Shown piece by piece: positions 23,433-35,092 of a DNA stretch of 38,176 bases (position 1 is its first letter; each line of letters opens with the position of its first letter). The translations under genes were made by a program, and so were the position numbers. Source of the DNA: Octopus bimaculoides (lineage: Eukaryota); the NCBI RefSeq assembly GCF_001194135.2, contig NC_068991.1, positions 74,206,760 to 74,244,935 of the forward strand, written 5' to 3'. Below the pieces are notes generated by a model that searched no databases, was not told the DNA's origin, and saw only the letters and a list, made by a program, of their open reading frames with translations.

Positions 23433-24479
23433 GTAAGAAGAGCAATAAAACAGTTGTTTCTTCCTTTTTTAAAAAAAGTAGGGATGCAAAAAAATAAAAT
23501 ATAAATAAATTGAATTTTGTGACTTCTTTCAAAGTGTAATTATATACTTTCTAACCGTGGTTATTGTCTTTTCCTTTCTTTTTTTCTCGAGATTCTACTT
23601 GGGTATTTGTCATAAGCGATGAAAATATAGAAGGGAACGGGGTATGAATGGTTGAATCGGATCAAAGTGCAGTTTTAAAATAAATAACATTGAAACGATG
23701 TAGTTAGTATTAACGTCTGGAAGAATGGGTGTAGAAGACAGCTTTTCACAAACTGTCACAGCCAGAACATTGAAGTAATTACTATACAATTACTTGAACG
23801 AAACAAAATATAGATAAATACCCCTATCTCTCGCTTTCACACACAGATATTTTATTAACTTAATTAAGCTACAGCATTGTGTAGATAAATATAATTAATT
23901 GTGCGTATGTGTAGCGGTGACATTGGAAAATATAATTAAACTCATTGTTGAAAAAATAAAAAGGGTAGTTTATAGTAAAACAAGGTGGTAAAAGAACGAG
24001 TATGTGTGAGGGGGGGAGAGAAGATGAGCTATAAAACACAAATAATATATGCAAATCAGCAGAGCCCTTCCACATATATAAAATTCGTTTGTTGCAGAGA
24101 GATTACAATAGTTGGGAACATACAGTATCATCTCCTGTTCCTATAATGTAGTTTTCGTTCCCTTTCCATTTTTTTTTTAATGAAGGGGAACAATAACTGC
24201 AGCAACAAAAATGGGACTTGATCAGATTTAGGGAAATAATATATTAATTAGATTTTAAATAAATTATAAAATAAACCAATCCTCAAATCAGAAATGTTGT
24301 ACTTTATTAAGTACAGAGTGATTTTAAATTAAAAATTTAAAAGCTACTAGGAAATGCATGAGCATATTATATATAAATATATACACACGCACATCTATCT
24401 ACCTACATATACATAGACACATGTATATCTAATGATATGTACAGACACATGTATATATATCTATATACACATGTATATC

Positions 24480-25255
24480 TAGCAATATATATACACACAC
24501 ACACGTATACCTACCAATATATATACACACACACGTATACCTACCAATATATATACACACACACACGTATACCTACCAATATATATACACACACACGTAT
24601 ACCTACCAATATATATACACACACACGTATACCTACCAATATATATACACACACGTATACCTACCAATATATATACACACACGTATACCTACCAATATAT
24701 ATACACACACGTATACCTACCAATATATATACACACACGTATACCNNNNNNNNNNNNNNNNNNNNNNNNNNNNNNNNNNNNNNNNNNNNNNNNNNNNNNN
24801 NNNNNNNNNNNNNNNNNNNNNNNNNNNNNNNNNNNNNNNNNNNNNNNNNNNNNNNNNNNNNNNNNNNNNNNNNNNNNNNNNNNNNNNNNNNNNNNNNNNN
24901 NNNNNNNNNNNNNNNNNNNNNNNNNNNNNNNNNNNNNNNNNNNNNNNNNNNNNNNNNNNNNNNNNNNNNNNNNNNNNNNNNNNNNNNNNNNNNNNNNNNN
25001 NNTCTACCATATATACACACACGTATATCCACTAATATGCACATATACACACATGTATATCCACCAATATATTACATAGACACACATGTATATCAACCAA
25101 TATATTACATAGACACACATGTATATCAACCAATATATTACATATACACACATGTATATCAACCAATATATTACATATACACACATGTATATCAACCAAT
25201 ATATTACATATACACACATGTATATCAACCAATATATTACATATACATATCTACC
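24480..25255. repeat. Two related minisatellites either side of a gap: 28-32 bp unit (ATATATATACACAC..GTATACCTACCA) and 33 bp unit (ACACACATGTATATCAACCAATATATTACATAT)
   Basis: Direct reading. Unit length of the first varies by its CA count. Confidence 0.95.
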
Positions 25256-26876
25256 AGTATATATATAGTTTGTGATTTAGTGAAGGACAACATACACAAG
25301 ATTTTATATATGTATATATATGTATGTCTAGAGTGTATGGAGTCTTATTGTTTCACTCGACAGTCGTTGTTGTGTTGTCTGGTCTTTTAAAAACGATTAT
25401 CAATTGAAGCGGCAATAAAAATAACAAACGAACGTTAAGTTAAAACGAACCAGAAATGATGACGACCAACAGAAAGACTATTATTAAATACAGAAACAAA
25501 CAAAAATCGGGATAAGAAAATTAAAAAAAGAGGAATTAAAGCGGAGAAGTGTTAATAAGTAATTGATAAAGACAAACTTACTGTATTGAAAACCTCTTGT
25601 ATGTCTTCTCTCTGGTCGGCAGTTAAGGTAACAGATCGCCGGGAGTTGATATCGGCCATGATTATAATTATCCCGTATAACAGTGGTCGGTGCGCTGACT
25701 GACTGATTGTCAGTCCAGCAGTTTTGAGAGTGGTGAGCGACGTGTCACGCGCATCACGATATCATACAACTCTTTCCTTTTTAGGAAGTTCATTAATATT
25801 AATATGTAAAGGAGTAGGCGTGGCTATGTTGAAAGCGATTGAAAGCGTAAGAGAAAGATAGAGATAGAGAAACGGACAGAGAGAGATAAAAGGACAAAAC
25901 AAAGCGATTACAAAGGAAGATATATAGAGTAAATAGAATAAGTATATAAATAGAAAGAGAGAGAGAGAGAGAGAGGATACAATAATGAAGATAATTAGAA
26001 GTACAAAAGGCTGATGTTAATTACCCAGAGACAGATAATTACGGATAATAAGGGGGAAGAGAGACGAAGACAGGTGGAGAGGAAGACTGGCGGACGCAAA
26101 CAGAGATAGAAAGAAAAAGAGAAGAGCTTTACGACAATATGAATGAGTGTGTGTGTGTGTAATTATTGAAGGAAATAATTACAGTTTACAATTTGTCTCC
26201 AATGCATTCGGTAAAAATGTTATCAATTTTCTTCGTTTGAAAAAAAATAATAATAATTATCATTCCGAAACCTGCCTAGTAACGAGTATGGGAATATGAT
26301 AATCCGCCGGCGAGAAGGGTGGCCAATGTGATTTCGATTTCTGGTTCAAACGATATAGTATCAATGACGCTGCTAATATTCTCGAGTTTGTTATGAACAT
26401 CAAAACATCGCTTTTCTCCGTCTCCTAAAAAAAAAAAGCAAAAAAACTGAGGTCCTTAGCCTTTTCAGTTAGAATCAGTTAAGCCGGGCGTCGTAAAGGT
26501 GAAGAAAGCGATCCGCAAAACCGATCAGAGATCGTTTCATTTATATCATTGATGTTTCCAGGGTTACCTTAGCAGTATTGTAGGTTCTCGGGCAAATCAA
26601 TGCATTGGACCCTGATTTTCCCACGATGACAGCCCTGTGAAAACCTACTCCACACTGCTCGTGTTTTCCCTTTTCTTTTTTTTTTTTTGTCGGGCCTTGA
26701 GGAAGGGGCAGCACCCTTAGAGTTTGCAGATCTTCCTAGACAGGTGTAATTGATGTCATTAATGTTCCTCTCGAACCTTTATAGGTCAACATCTATGGAA
26801 AAGGTATGAACAGGGATAAGATTCCAGAGAGCCAATGCTCGGGGGTGAGAGAACTAGACGTAGTGATTTATGCGGG

Positions 26877-27428
26877 ACGCGAAATCTTTTTTCTCCACGA
26901 GAGTTCCGGACCCCAGTAATCAACACATTTGCATACAGCCAATCAGAGTTCACCTCGACCTTGTTGTCAAGTTAACAAACGCACTCTGCCAAGTAAACTT
27001 AAGATGAAGAACAGTTTTGTAAGTCGACCGATCGCCAAGTTAAGCCTGATTTTAGGAGACAAATAATTAGATATATTTGCATCTATATCTATTATCGGAT
27101 TTTGTTAGGGTCCCATTTGGTAAAGATGTGGATGGGAAAAATGTAGGTAGAGGGTGATGTGCTAGCAACCCTCTCCCCTTACTGTTTTACAAAGTAAACA
27201 ACAACACAAATAACTACGCAGAGGCGGCCATGGTTGAAACAAGAACAAAAACAACAAGCATTCTTAAAAGAGAAAAGAAGCATGGTCATTCCTTACCCAA
27301 GTGACCATATCTTATCGCCAATCGCTTGTTATGCGTTCGTAAGTTAGTTTGATAGTTGAGCTCTGATTGGTTGTATGCAAATGAAATCATAACTAGGGTT
27401 CGGAACTCTCGTGGGAAAAATTTCGCGT
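26877..27428. repeat. Long imperfect inverted repeat (arms 26877-26952 and 27357-27428), each arm with an octamer and a CCAAT box
   Basis: ACGCGAAAT..CCACGAGAGTTCCGGACCCCAG..ATTTGCATACAGCCAATCAGAG versus CTCTGATTGGTTGTATGCAAAT..CTAGGGTTCGGAACTCTCGTGG..ATTTCGCGT. Confidence 0.85.
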
Positions 27429-28128
27429 GCGGGACCTGGTGGAGGGTGGGGACAGAGTGGAAGAAGCATGAGCATTGCCAGTTCCAAAGAACAAATGTTT
27501 TTGTAGAGGTACAAAAAACAAAGAAAGGAGACAATACATTTTTTTACCGAGTTCAATATCTCTTCAACTTATTTTCCCATTCTCTTCTGGGCCTTCTAAA
27601 CTGCATTACCCTTCGTTGTTGAAGTAAAATCCTTGTACATCATTTACATGACGATGCCCTCTCAAGTTTCAAATACCTTTTTTCCATCATCGCTTTACAC
27701 TCGAACCCAGTTCGTCTACACTTCTATGCCTCGCTGAGAACTTCCTTTACGTTAAATTGCTTCTCCTCCTGTAGTGACTTCTTCTAGCAAGTAAGTGGAG
27801 TAACAATGGGCACCAAAATGGGACCCAAACATGCCAAATCGTCTTGTTAATAACGTTGAGCTTACATTTCCACTCAGTTTATTAAACCGATCCCTGAGTT
27901 ATACAACTGTGACATTGATCGTTCTCTCGGTTCCCCATCACTCATCAAAGATCGAACGTTTTCTATATCCTTCACCAAGAATTTCTACATGCACTGGAAT
28001 TCGTCACCCTCTCTCTGATACTTCCACTGACTTCGCAGATACTTCTGTCCTGTTGCATGCCTTCACTTCTCCACATCGTTTTATTACGAATACAGCGACT
28101 CCCTATCCTGACTTTCCTCCCTCTACAG

Positions 28129-28474
28129 TAGGAGTTCTCTACTGGGGTCCATGGCCCCTAAATGTCCATATAAGATTTTGGGGGTCCACAGAGCAAAATA
28201 ATAAATTGGGGATGCGCTATAGTATTTTAAGGGCCCCAGAAAAAAATTTTGCTTTAAATGTATATCTTGATATGTATTGCAAGAAACAGCTGGGTTTATT
28301 TCTCTAACATTTTACATAATTCAACTTACAAGTTAATGTGTGAAAAACAAAATAGGGATTTTGAAAGAAGTTTCTATAACTGGTTTTTAAACATCGAATG
28401 GCTATGGGGGTTCACCAGATTAAAAATAGTAATCAAAGGGGTCCATAGATAAAAAAAATGGCTGAGAATCCCTA
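28129..28474. mobile_element. hAT (Charlie-like) MITE
   Basis: TIRs TAGGAGTTCTC and GAGAATCCCTA match at 9 of 11 positions. 8-bp flanks CTCTACAG (28121-28128) and CTCTAGAG (28475-28482). Subterminal GGGGTCC motifs. Confidence 0.75.
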
Positions 28475-28765
28475 CTCTAGAGGGTCGGGAGGAAGAAAAC
28501 CTGTCATTTCCTGTCTCATAATTCTTCTGTCAATGATAGCAAAAACTTCGGTTTCGTTCCCAAATCGAACGAAACAACTATGTTTACTTCTTGTGTGGTT
28601 AACCTGACATGTCGTTGGTTCTGCCCTCCACCGGCATGCCCTAACATGCCCTGACATGCCGTTGGTTCTGATTTATTAGCCATAATGTCATCATACTCAC
28701 GTCACGTAACCGCCCTCGCGCTGTTTGAATGCCCTTCCCCCTCGCCGTCCACACACATCCCACCG

Positions 28766-28767
<2 letters not shown>

Positions 28768-28819
<52 letters not shown>
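28768..28819. repeat. (ATGT)n microsatellite
   Basis: Direct reading. Confidence 0.95.
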
Positions 28820-28821
<2 letters not shown>

Positions 28822-29041
28822 GTGCGTGTGTGTGCACGCCCGCGTACATGCCTCCTCGCGTTACGGGATTTTGCGCCCTTGGAAATCTGGTCGTAACATG
28901 GGTATTCATAACGCGAAACCCACTTCTCCATTGGTTTCCACATTGAGAATTGAGATATTCGCCGAGGGTATTTTTTCGGCGAAAAACCCCGTAAAAAATA
29001 GCAAGTAAAACAACTACATTTAAGCATAAAAATATCCGTTT

Positions 29042-29223
29042 CTGCTCTAGGCACAAGGCCCGAAATTTGGGGGATTAGATCCACCCCATTACTTAATTTA
29101 TCGACACCGAAAGGATGAAAGGCAAAGTCGACCTCGGCGGAATTTGAACTCAGAACATAAAGACAAACAAAACACCGCTAGGCATTTCGCCCGGCGTGCT
29201 GACGTTTCTCCCAGCTCGCCGCC
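29042..29223 (-). mobile_element. SINE family D with an internal deletion
   Basis: GCACAAGGCCCGAAATTT..TTTATCGAC.CCGAAAGGATGAAAGGCAAAGTCGACCTCGGCGGAATTTGAACTCAGAAC..CAGCTCGCCGCC. Confidence 0.9.
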
Positions 29224-29557
29224 TTAAAGTTGTTCTCACCAACTGACTTTGGCTTACGGAGTTCTTGTTTTTATAACAATCTAAAACCAGCCAGAAGGAT
29301 AGGCATATTGTTGAGAACAATAGATTTTGTTGGAGGTCTGTTATCTCAATTCTAACTTTTGATGGCTTAAAAGAGGTTAGGAGGGTCAAGTGGTGAAGAC
29401 ATTGTTCCGGCTTAGCGAAGGCATCTGGTAAATGTAACTGCAGTCACTCACAGAAAAAACTATTGTTTTGCCGTGAGAAAAGTACTGTTGAACTGTTAAG
29501 TGAAATTTGGCGATCGAGGATCGAATCCACGCTATGTCTGCATGAAGCCACTATACT

Positions 29558-29778
29558 ATCATAGTAGGTGCATTAGGTATGATAAAAATACATTCAGACA
29601 AATACATAAAAACAGCAGGACCAACGAGTATATATAACAAACAAAAAATAGCACTAATAGGCACTGCACACATCCTACGTAAAGCACTTTCAATACAGTG
29701 ACCATAAGAGCATCACAGCAAACCACAGCACACACCAAGGCACACAGTGCAGTGAAAGACGCAATAAAAATAAGACTA

Positions 29779-29781
<3 letters not shown>
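29558..29781 (+). mobile_element. R4/Dong-clade (RLE-type) non-LTR retrotransposon 3' terminus: ORF end plus 3' UTR
   Basis: 29558-29701 reads IIVGALGMIKIHSDKYIKTAGPTSIYNKQKIALIGTAHILRKALSIQ*, matching the P.IVGALG..QK.AL.GTAHILRK.L C-terminus. It is followed by an 80-nt UTR and (AAT)23. Confidence 0.85.

Positions 29782-29850
<69 letters not shown>
29782..29850. repeat. (AAT)23 microsatellite
   Basis: 69 bp perfect tract. Confidence 0.98.
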
Positions 29851-29851
<1 letters not shown>

Positions 29852-30139
29852 TGGTTGCAGAAAGGAAAGCAGAAAAGAGAGACAGAAAGTTTGTTAGTAG
29901 CTGCATAAGATCAAGCATTAAGGGCTAACTGGATAAAAGACAAAAACCGAGTAGATTCCCAATGTACATCATGTAAATCAAAAGAGGAAAGCGTTACTCA
30001 TATAGTAAGTGAATGTCGCATACTGTCACAGAAAGAATATAGGAAAAGACATGATAATATAGGGAAAGTAATCCACTGGAGGCTATGTAGATAGCTAGGA
30101 TTTGAACGTACTAATAAATGGTATGAACTTTAACCGGAT
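29852..30139 (+). pseudogene. R4/Dong-clade ORF fragment with CCHC zinc knuckle
   Basis: In one frame: WLQKGKQKRETESLLVAA*DQALRANWIK..CTSCKSKEESVTHIVSEC..LSQKEYRKRHDNIGKVIHWRLC..KWYE. Premature stops present. Confidence 0.9.
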
Positions 30140-30899
30140 CTTTGTTGTTATCGTCACTGCATATCGAAACCTTAAAAAAAATTTTTATGGTAACATACTG
30201 ATGTAATTTTTGACGCTGAATACGAATTTGTTATTCATTTATTCCAGAAAAATTTTGCGAAAATGTTACAGGTGTTCAGATTTAGATAATTTTCAGAATT
30301 TTCAGCCAATCAGGAAACAGCACGTTCGCTACCTCCTCCATTATCTGTCGCAGTAGCGAGAAGGTAATGGTGGTGGGTGCACCGGCATGTCAAACATTAA
30401 ACTACCTACAGTAAACAGTGAAAAACATTAAAAGATTCGCGAGCAAATTAAATATTCAAAAGCTACGAACAAACCAACAGGAGTTGCTAGAAATAATAAT
30501 CAAAACGTTGCTTAAAACAGACATTTATTAGTTTAAAAAATTCAAGAACGAAAGTTTGTAATACACACTAGGATTTTATAAAATAAATCATCTTTCTCAT
30601 ATCTCCTTCTCCACATAAATTCACAAAGATAAGAGTGAACCATGGAACGGTGCGTCCCACACCGGAGTTTGTTTCATTAAATTTCTATATTTTTGTGCAG
30701 CTGAAGATTGCCCTACATTTTGTATTTGATGTAATGTTTACATTGCTTAAGTAAATGGAGTCGCATGAAACGATCGTACTGCATTAACTTTGGATATCCT
30801 TGTTGCTTATTTTGACTTTAATCACCTTATTTTGAAACTGTATGGATAATACCATACTTAATTCTTGTGCCTAAACTTAAGTACCATATTCACCTGAAA

Positions 30900-30989
<90 letters not shown>
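30900..30989. repeat. (CTAT)n then (TA)n
   Basis: Direct reading. Confidence 0.95.
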
Positions 30990-31735
30990 NNNNNNNNNNN
31001 NNNNNNNNNNNNNNNNNNNNNNNNNNNNNNNNNNNNNNNNNNNNNNNNNNNNNNNNNNNNNNNNNNNNNNNNNNNNNNNNNNNNNNNNNNNNNNNNNNNN
31101 NNNNNNNNNNNNNNNNNNNNNNNNNNNNNNNNNNNNNNNNNNNNNNNNNNNNNNNNNNNNNNNNNNNNNNNNNNNNNNNNNNNNNNNNNNNNNNNNNNNN
31201 NNNNNNNNNNNNNNNNNNNNNNNNNNNNNNNNNNNNNNNNNNNNNNNNNNNNNNNNNNNNNNNNNNNNNNNNNNNNNNNNNNNNNNNNNNNNNNNNNNNN
31301 NNNNNNNNNNNNNNNNNNNNNNNNNNNNNNNNNNNNNNNNNNNNNNNNNNNNNNNNNNNNNNNNNNNNNNNNNNNNNNNNNNNNNNNNNNNNNNNNNNNN
31401 NNNNNNNNNNNNNNNNNNNNNNNNNNNNNNNNNNNNNNNNNNNNNNNNNNNNNNNNNNNNNNNNNNNNNNNNNNNNNNNNNNNNNNNNNNNNNNNNNNNN
31501 NNNNNNNNNNNNNNNNNNNNNNNNNNNNNNNNNNNNNNNNNNNNNNNNNNNNNNNNNNNNNNNNNNNNNNNNNNNNNNNNNNNNNNNNNNNNNNNNNNNN
31601 NNNNNNNNNNNNNNNNNNNNNNNNNNNNNNNNNNNNNNNNNNNNNNNNNNNNNNNNNNNNNNNNNNNNNNNNNNNNNNNNNNNNNNNNNNNNNNNNNNNN
31701 NNNNNNNNNNNNNNNNNNNATATATATATATATAC

Positions 31736-31881
31736 ATGACGGGCTTCTCTCAGTTTCCGTCTACTAAATCCACTTACAAAGCTTTGGTCGACCCGAGGCT
31801 ATAGCAGAAAAGACTTGCCCAAACAGTGGAACTGAACCCGGAAACATGTGGTTGGGAAGCAAACTTCTTACCACTCAGCCA
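31736..31881 (-). mobile_element. SINE family B head/core
   Basis: GACGGGCTTCT..CAGTTTCCGTCTAC..GCTTTGGTCGACCCGAGGCTATAG..GAACCCGGAAACATGTGGTTGGGAAGC. Confidence 0.9.
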
Positions 31882-31959
31882 TATGTGTATGTAATGTACA
31901 CGTTTCTGATTTTCTTGTTTCAGTTCAATGACTCAAACAAGTAAAAGACAATAGAAGAG

Positions 31960-32474
31960 AGTGTGAGTGTGTATGTGTGTGTATGTGTGTGCATGTGAGT
32001 GCATGTGTGTGCATGTGTATGCGTGTGTGTGTGCGAGTGTGCGCGTGTGTGCTCATGTGTGTATGTGTGTGTATGCGTGTATGTGTGTGTGTGTGTGTGT
32101 GTATGTGTGTGTGTATGTGTGTGTATGTGTTTGTGTGTGTGTATGTGTGTGTATGTGTTTGTGTGTATGTGTTTGTGTGTATGTGCGTGTGTATGTGTGT
32201 GTGTATGTGTGTGTGTTTGTTTGTGTGTATGTGTTTGTGTGTATGTGTGTGTATGTGTTTGTGTGTATGTGTGTGTATGTGTGTGTGTATGTATGTGTGT
32301 GTGTGTATGTGTGTGTACGTGTTTGTGTGTATGTGCGTGTGTGTGTATCTATTGACCTCCACAGTCTTTTCTTCATCGTTTTCAGTTTCCATCTCCTTCT
32401 CTCTTCTCTCATCTTCTCTCTTCTTCTCTCTTCTTCTCTCTCATTCATTAAAAATTTATCAGATTATGATTTCC

Positions 32475-32514
<40 letters not shown>

Positions 32515-32901
32515 CGCACACACACACACATACATACGCACACACACACACACATACACACATACACGCGCACACACACACAGCTACTAAATTTTATTTA
32601 GGATTTCTTCCATTATTTCTTCCCACCCCCTTGTCTTATTTTCTCCACAGAACTTTGTTACTGATTCCTGCCAAACACCCCAAACACCCCACAAAAATCG
32701 ATCTCATTTTATGAGAGTTTAAAACATTCTCAGATCGATAAACAATCAATTATTTCTTTAAAAAAATTAATAATTATCTTGTTTATATTCTTTTTTAATA
32801 AAAAAAATCTAATTTACACATACTTTCATAGATGCATACACACACACACATACATGCATACATACATAGATGCATACATACATACATGCATACATACATA
32901 G

Positions 32902-32934
<33 letters not shown>

Positions 32935-33215
32935 TGCATACATACATATATGCATATATACATACATATATACATACATATGCATACATACATATATGCA
33001 TATATACATACATATATACATACATATGCATACATATACATATATGCATACATACATATGCATACATGCATATATACATACATACATATATACATACATA
33101 TGCATACATACATATACATACATACATACATGCATACATACTTATGCATAAATTCATACATACATATGCATATATACATATATAATACATACATATACAT
33201 GCATACATACACACA
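31960..33215. repeat. Compound microsatellite field: (GT/GTAT)n 31960-32345, (CA)n 32476-32580, (ACAT)n-like 32820-33215
   Basis: Direct reading. It is the source of many spurious ORFs. Confidence 0.95.
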
Positions 33216-33339
33216 NNNNNNNNNNNNNNNNNNNNNNNNNNNNNNNNNNNNNNNNNNNNNNNNNNNNNNNNNNNNNNNNNNNNNNNNNNNNNNNNNNNNN
33301 NNNNNNNNNNNNNNCACACACATGTATACATATTGACGG

Positions 33340-33460
33340 AGGCAGCAATTGTTATTGCATGACCTGCTAGAAATAGCAGCCAAAATATATCTCAAACTAT
33401 ATCCTGCAATCTCAAAAATAAAAAAAAACACATTTGGATAACGTAGTCTTAGATATATTG
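33340..33460 (+). mobile_element. Dispersed repeat family E fragment; related pieces near 7545-7600, 15380-15440 (-), 21260-21300, 30480-30520 and 34100-34270
   Basis: Shared motif (C)TGCTAGAAATA(G/A)CAGC.AAA..; the copies at 33340 and 34100 also share TTGGATAACGTAGTC. Confidence 0.55.
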
Positions 33461-33559
33461 TGCACACTGAAATAAAGATGGAATGCTCACGGATGGAAGG
33501 TTTTGTTTTTTCTTTTCATTTAAGTTCAGTTCAACCAAAGTTCATCTGGAATCTAAAGA

Positions 33560-34402
33560 ACAAAGAACACAACAACAACAACAAGTTCAAAAATAACCGC
33601 AACAACAATAGTGACACCAGCAGCAACAAAAACAACAACAACAACACTAACAAGAAGAGGACAATAGGAGTGTTCGCAACAACAACAAGAACAACAAACC
33701 ACTGCAGTGGAGACTTATAGACTCGCTGCTTTCAAAATATCAATTTTAAGATGTTTAAGAGATGCCAATTAGGAATCTTGTAACAATTACGCAGCTGCTT
33801 CTACTGCTGCTGCTGCTGCTGCTGCTGTTGTTGTTGTTGTTGTTGTTGTTGTCTCGGCTGCTGTTGTTGCTGCCGTTGTTGTTCCAATAGTTCTATAATC
33901 AAAGTATTAGAAATTTCTAGTCTTGAAATTTCCAACGTTTTCTTCCGACGTAATCTACCTTGGATTACATTATTGAATGTAATAGTAGAATGTGACTTGA
34001 GAGAAAGTTCTGTGCCATTTCTAGCCGGTCGAAGAATCTGGGGCAAGCAAACATCCCTGTTGGAATTCGAACCCACGATCTTTGCATTAGAAGTATTTGC
34101 TGTCCGCCCCTCCCACCTCTCTCTCAAATCTCATCAAGCTGCTTTAAAAGGAAAACGAAGGACTTATTGGATAACGTAGTCCTTAATATGTTAAGCTTGG
34201 ATGGTCATGACTGGAATCCTTTTGAGTATAGATCTGTTCCATCTAAGTCGACCTCTGGTTAAAACAATTACATCATCATCATCATCATCAGCCTCCTCCT
34301 CTCCCTTCTTCTATTCACCATCCTCATCATCATTGTGGTCGTCGTCAGCCTCCTCCCCTTTTCTCCTCCTCCTCCTCCTCCTCCTCAACAACAACAACGA
34401 CG

Positions 34403-34441
<39 letters not shown>

Positions 34442-34470
34442 GCAACAACAACAATAACAGCAACAACCAG
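33560..34470. repeat. Trinucleotide tracts: (AAC)n 33560-33700, (CTG)/(TTG)n 33800-33885, (CAT)/(CCT)/(AAC)n 34270-34470
   Basis: Direct reading. Confidence 0.9.
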
Positions 34471-34531
34471 TTTTTAAAAAATTTTCCTTCCTCGAGGAAG
34501 AGACTTTTCCCGAAACGTTAGAATCCACTTA

Positions 34532-34770
34532 AGGTGGTAAAGTTATTAAAGTTCTTAGAGCGTAGGATAAGACGCCTCGAAAGTATTTATTCCATCTCTT
34601 TGCGCTCTGCGTTCAAATCTTGCTAAGACCAACGCCGTCATTTATTCTTTTGAGATCAAGAAAAAAAAGAAAAAAAAGAAAACGCCAATCCCGGGCGGCG
34701 GATTGGCAGAAGTGTTAGTGTATCGGACGTGATGCGTTGCGATGTCTATTCCGGCCCTTTTCGTTCTAAC
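34532..34770 (+). mobile_element. Two diverged family D-like heads (34532-34660 and 34695-34770)
   Basis: GCGTTCAAATCTTGCTAAGACC; GGCGGCGGATTGGCAGAAGTGTTAG. Confidence 0.5.
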
Positions 34771-35092
34771 AGTAATCTGCGGGATGACACTGGTGATAAA
34801 TCGTATCGTTCATAAAGCCACGGCCTTTTCCATTGGCAACATCGGTGGCGTGGAGGGAGAAGACTTGCATACGTGGCTAATGCCAGTCTTCTTAAAAAGA
34901 AATGTGTTCCCAGTGCCTACAAATGCAGGAGTGGATAAATGATATAAGTTATCAACTCCGACTGGCGGACACCTCTAGACGCCTTTTTTCACCACGGCAC
35001 TCAATTTTACTTAATTCTGTTAACTGTGTTCATTGAAAGGATGGGAATCTTGCATGATACCCCGTCCCGAACGGCGCATTTTATTTTGTAAA

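Noticed and set aside
26568-26634. 67-nt minus-strand exon candidate AVIVGKSGSNALICPRTYNTAK with AAG|GTAACC donor
   Set aside because: The P-loop resemblance is incomplete (no GKT/S), the polypyrimidine tract is short, and the phase cannot be linked to other candidates.
27540-28100. Possible decayed CR1 3' region on the minus strand
   Set aside because: Only vague motif echoes (VPFWCP; an RGH-like word); insufficient support.
33801-34127. PolyQ-ending minus-strand ORF
   Set aside because: The polyQ comes from a CTG/TTG microsatellite, and the 5' part overlaps a degenerate tRNA-like SINE head (about 34045-34110).
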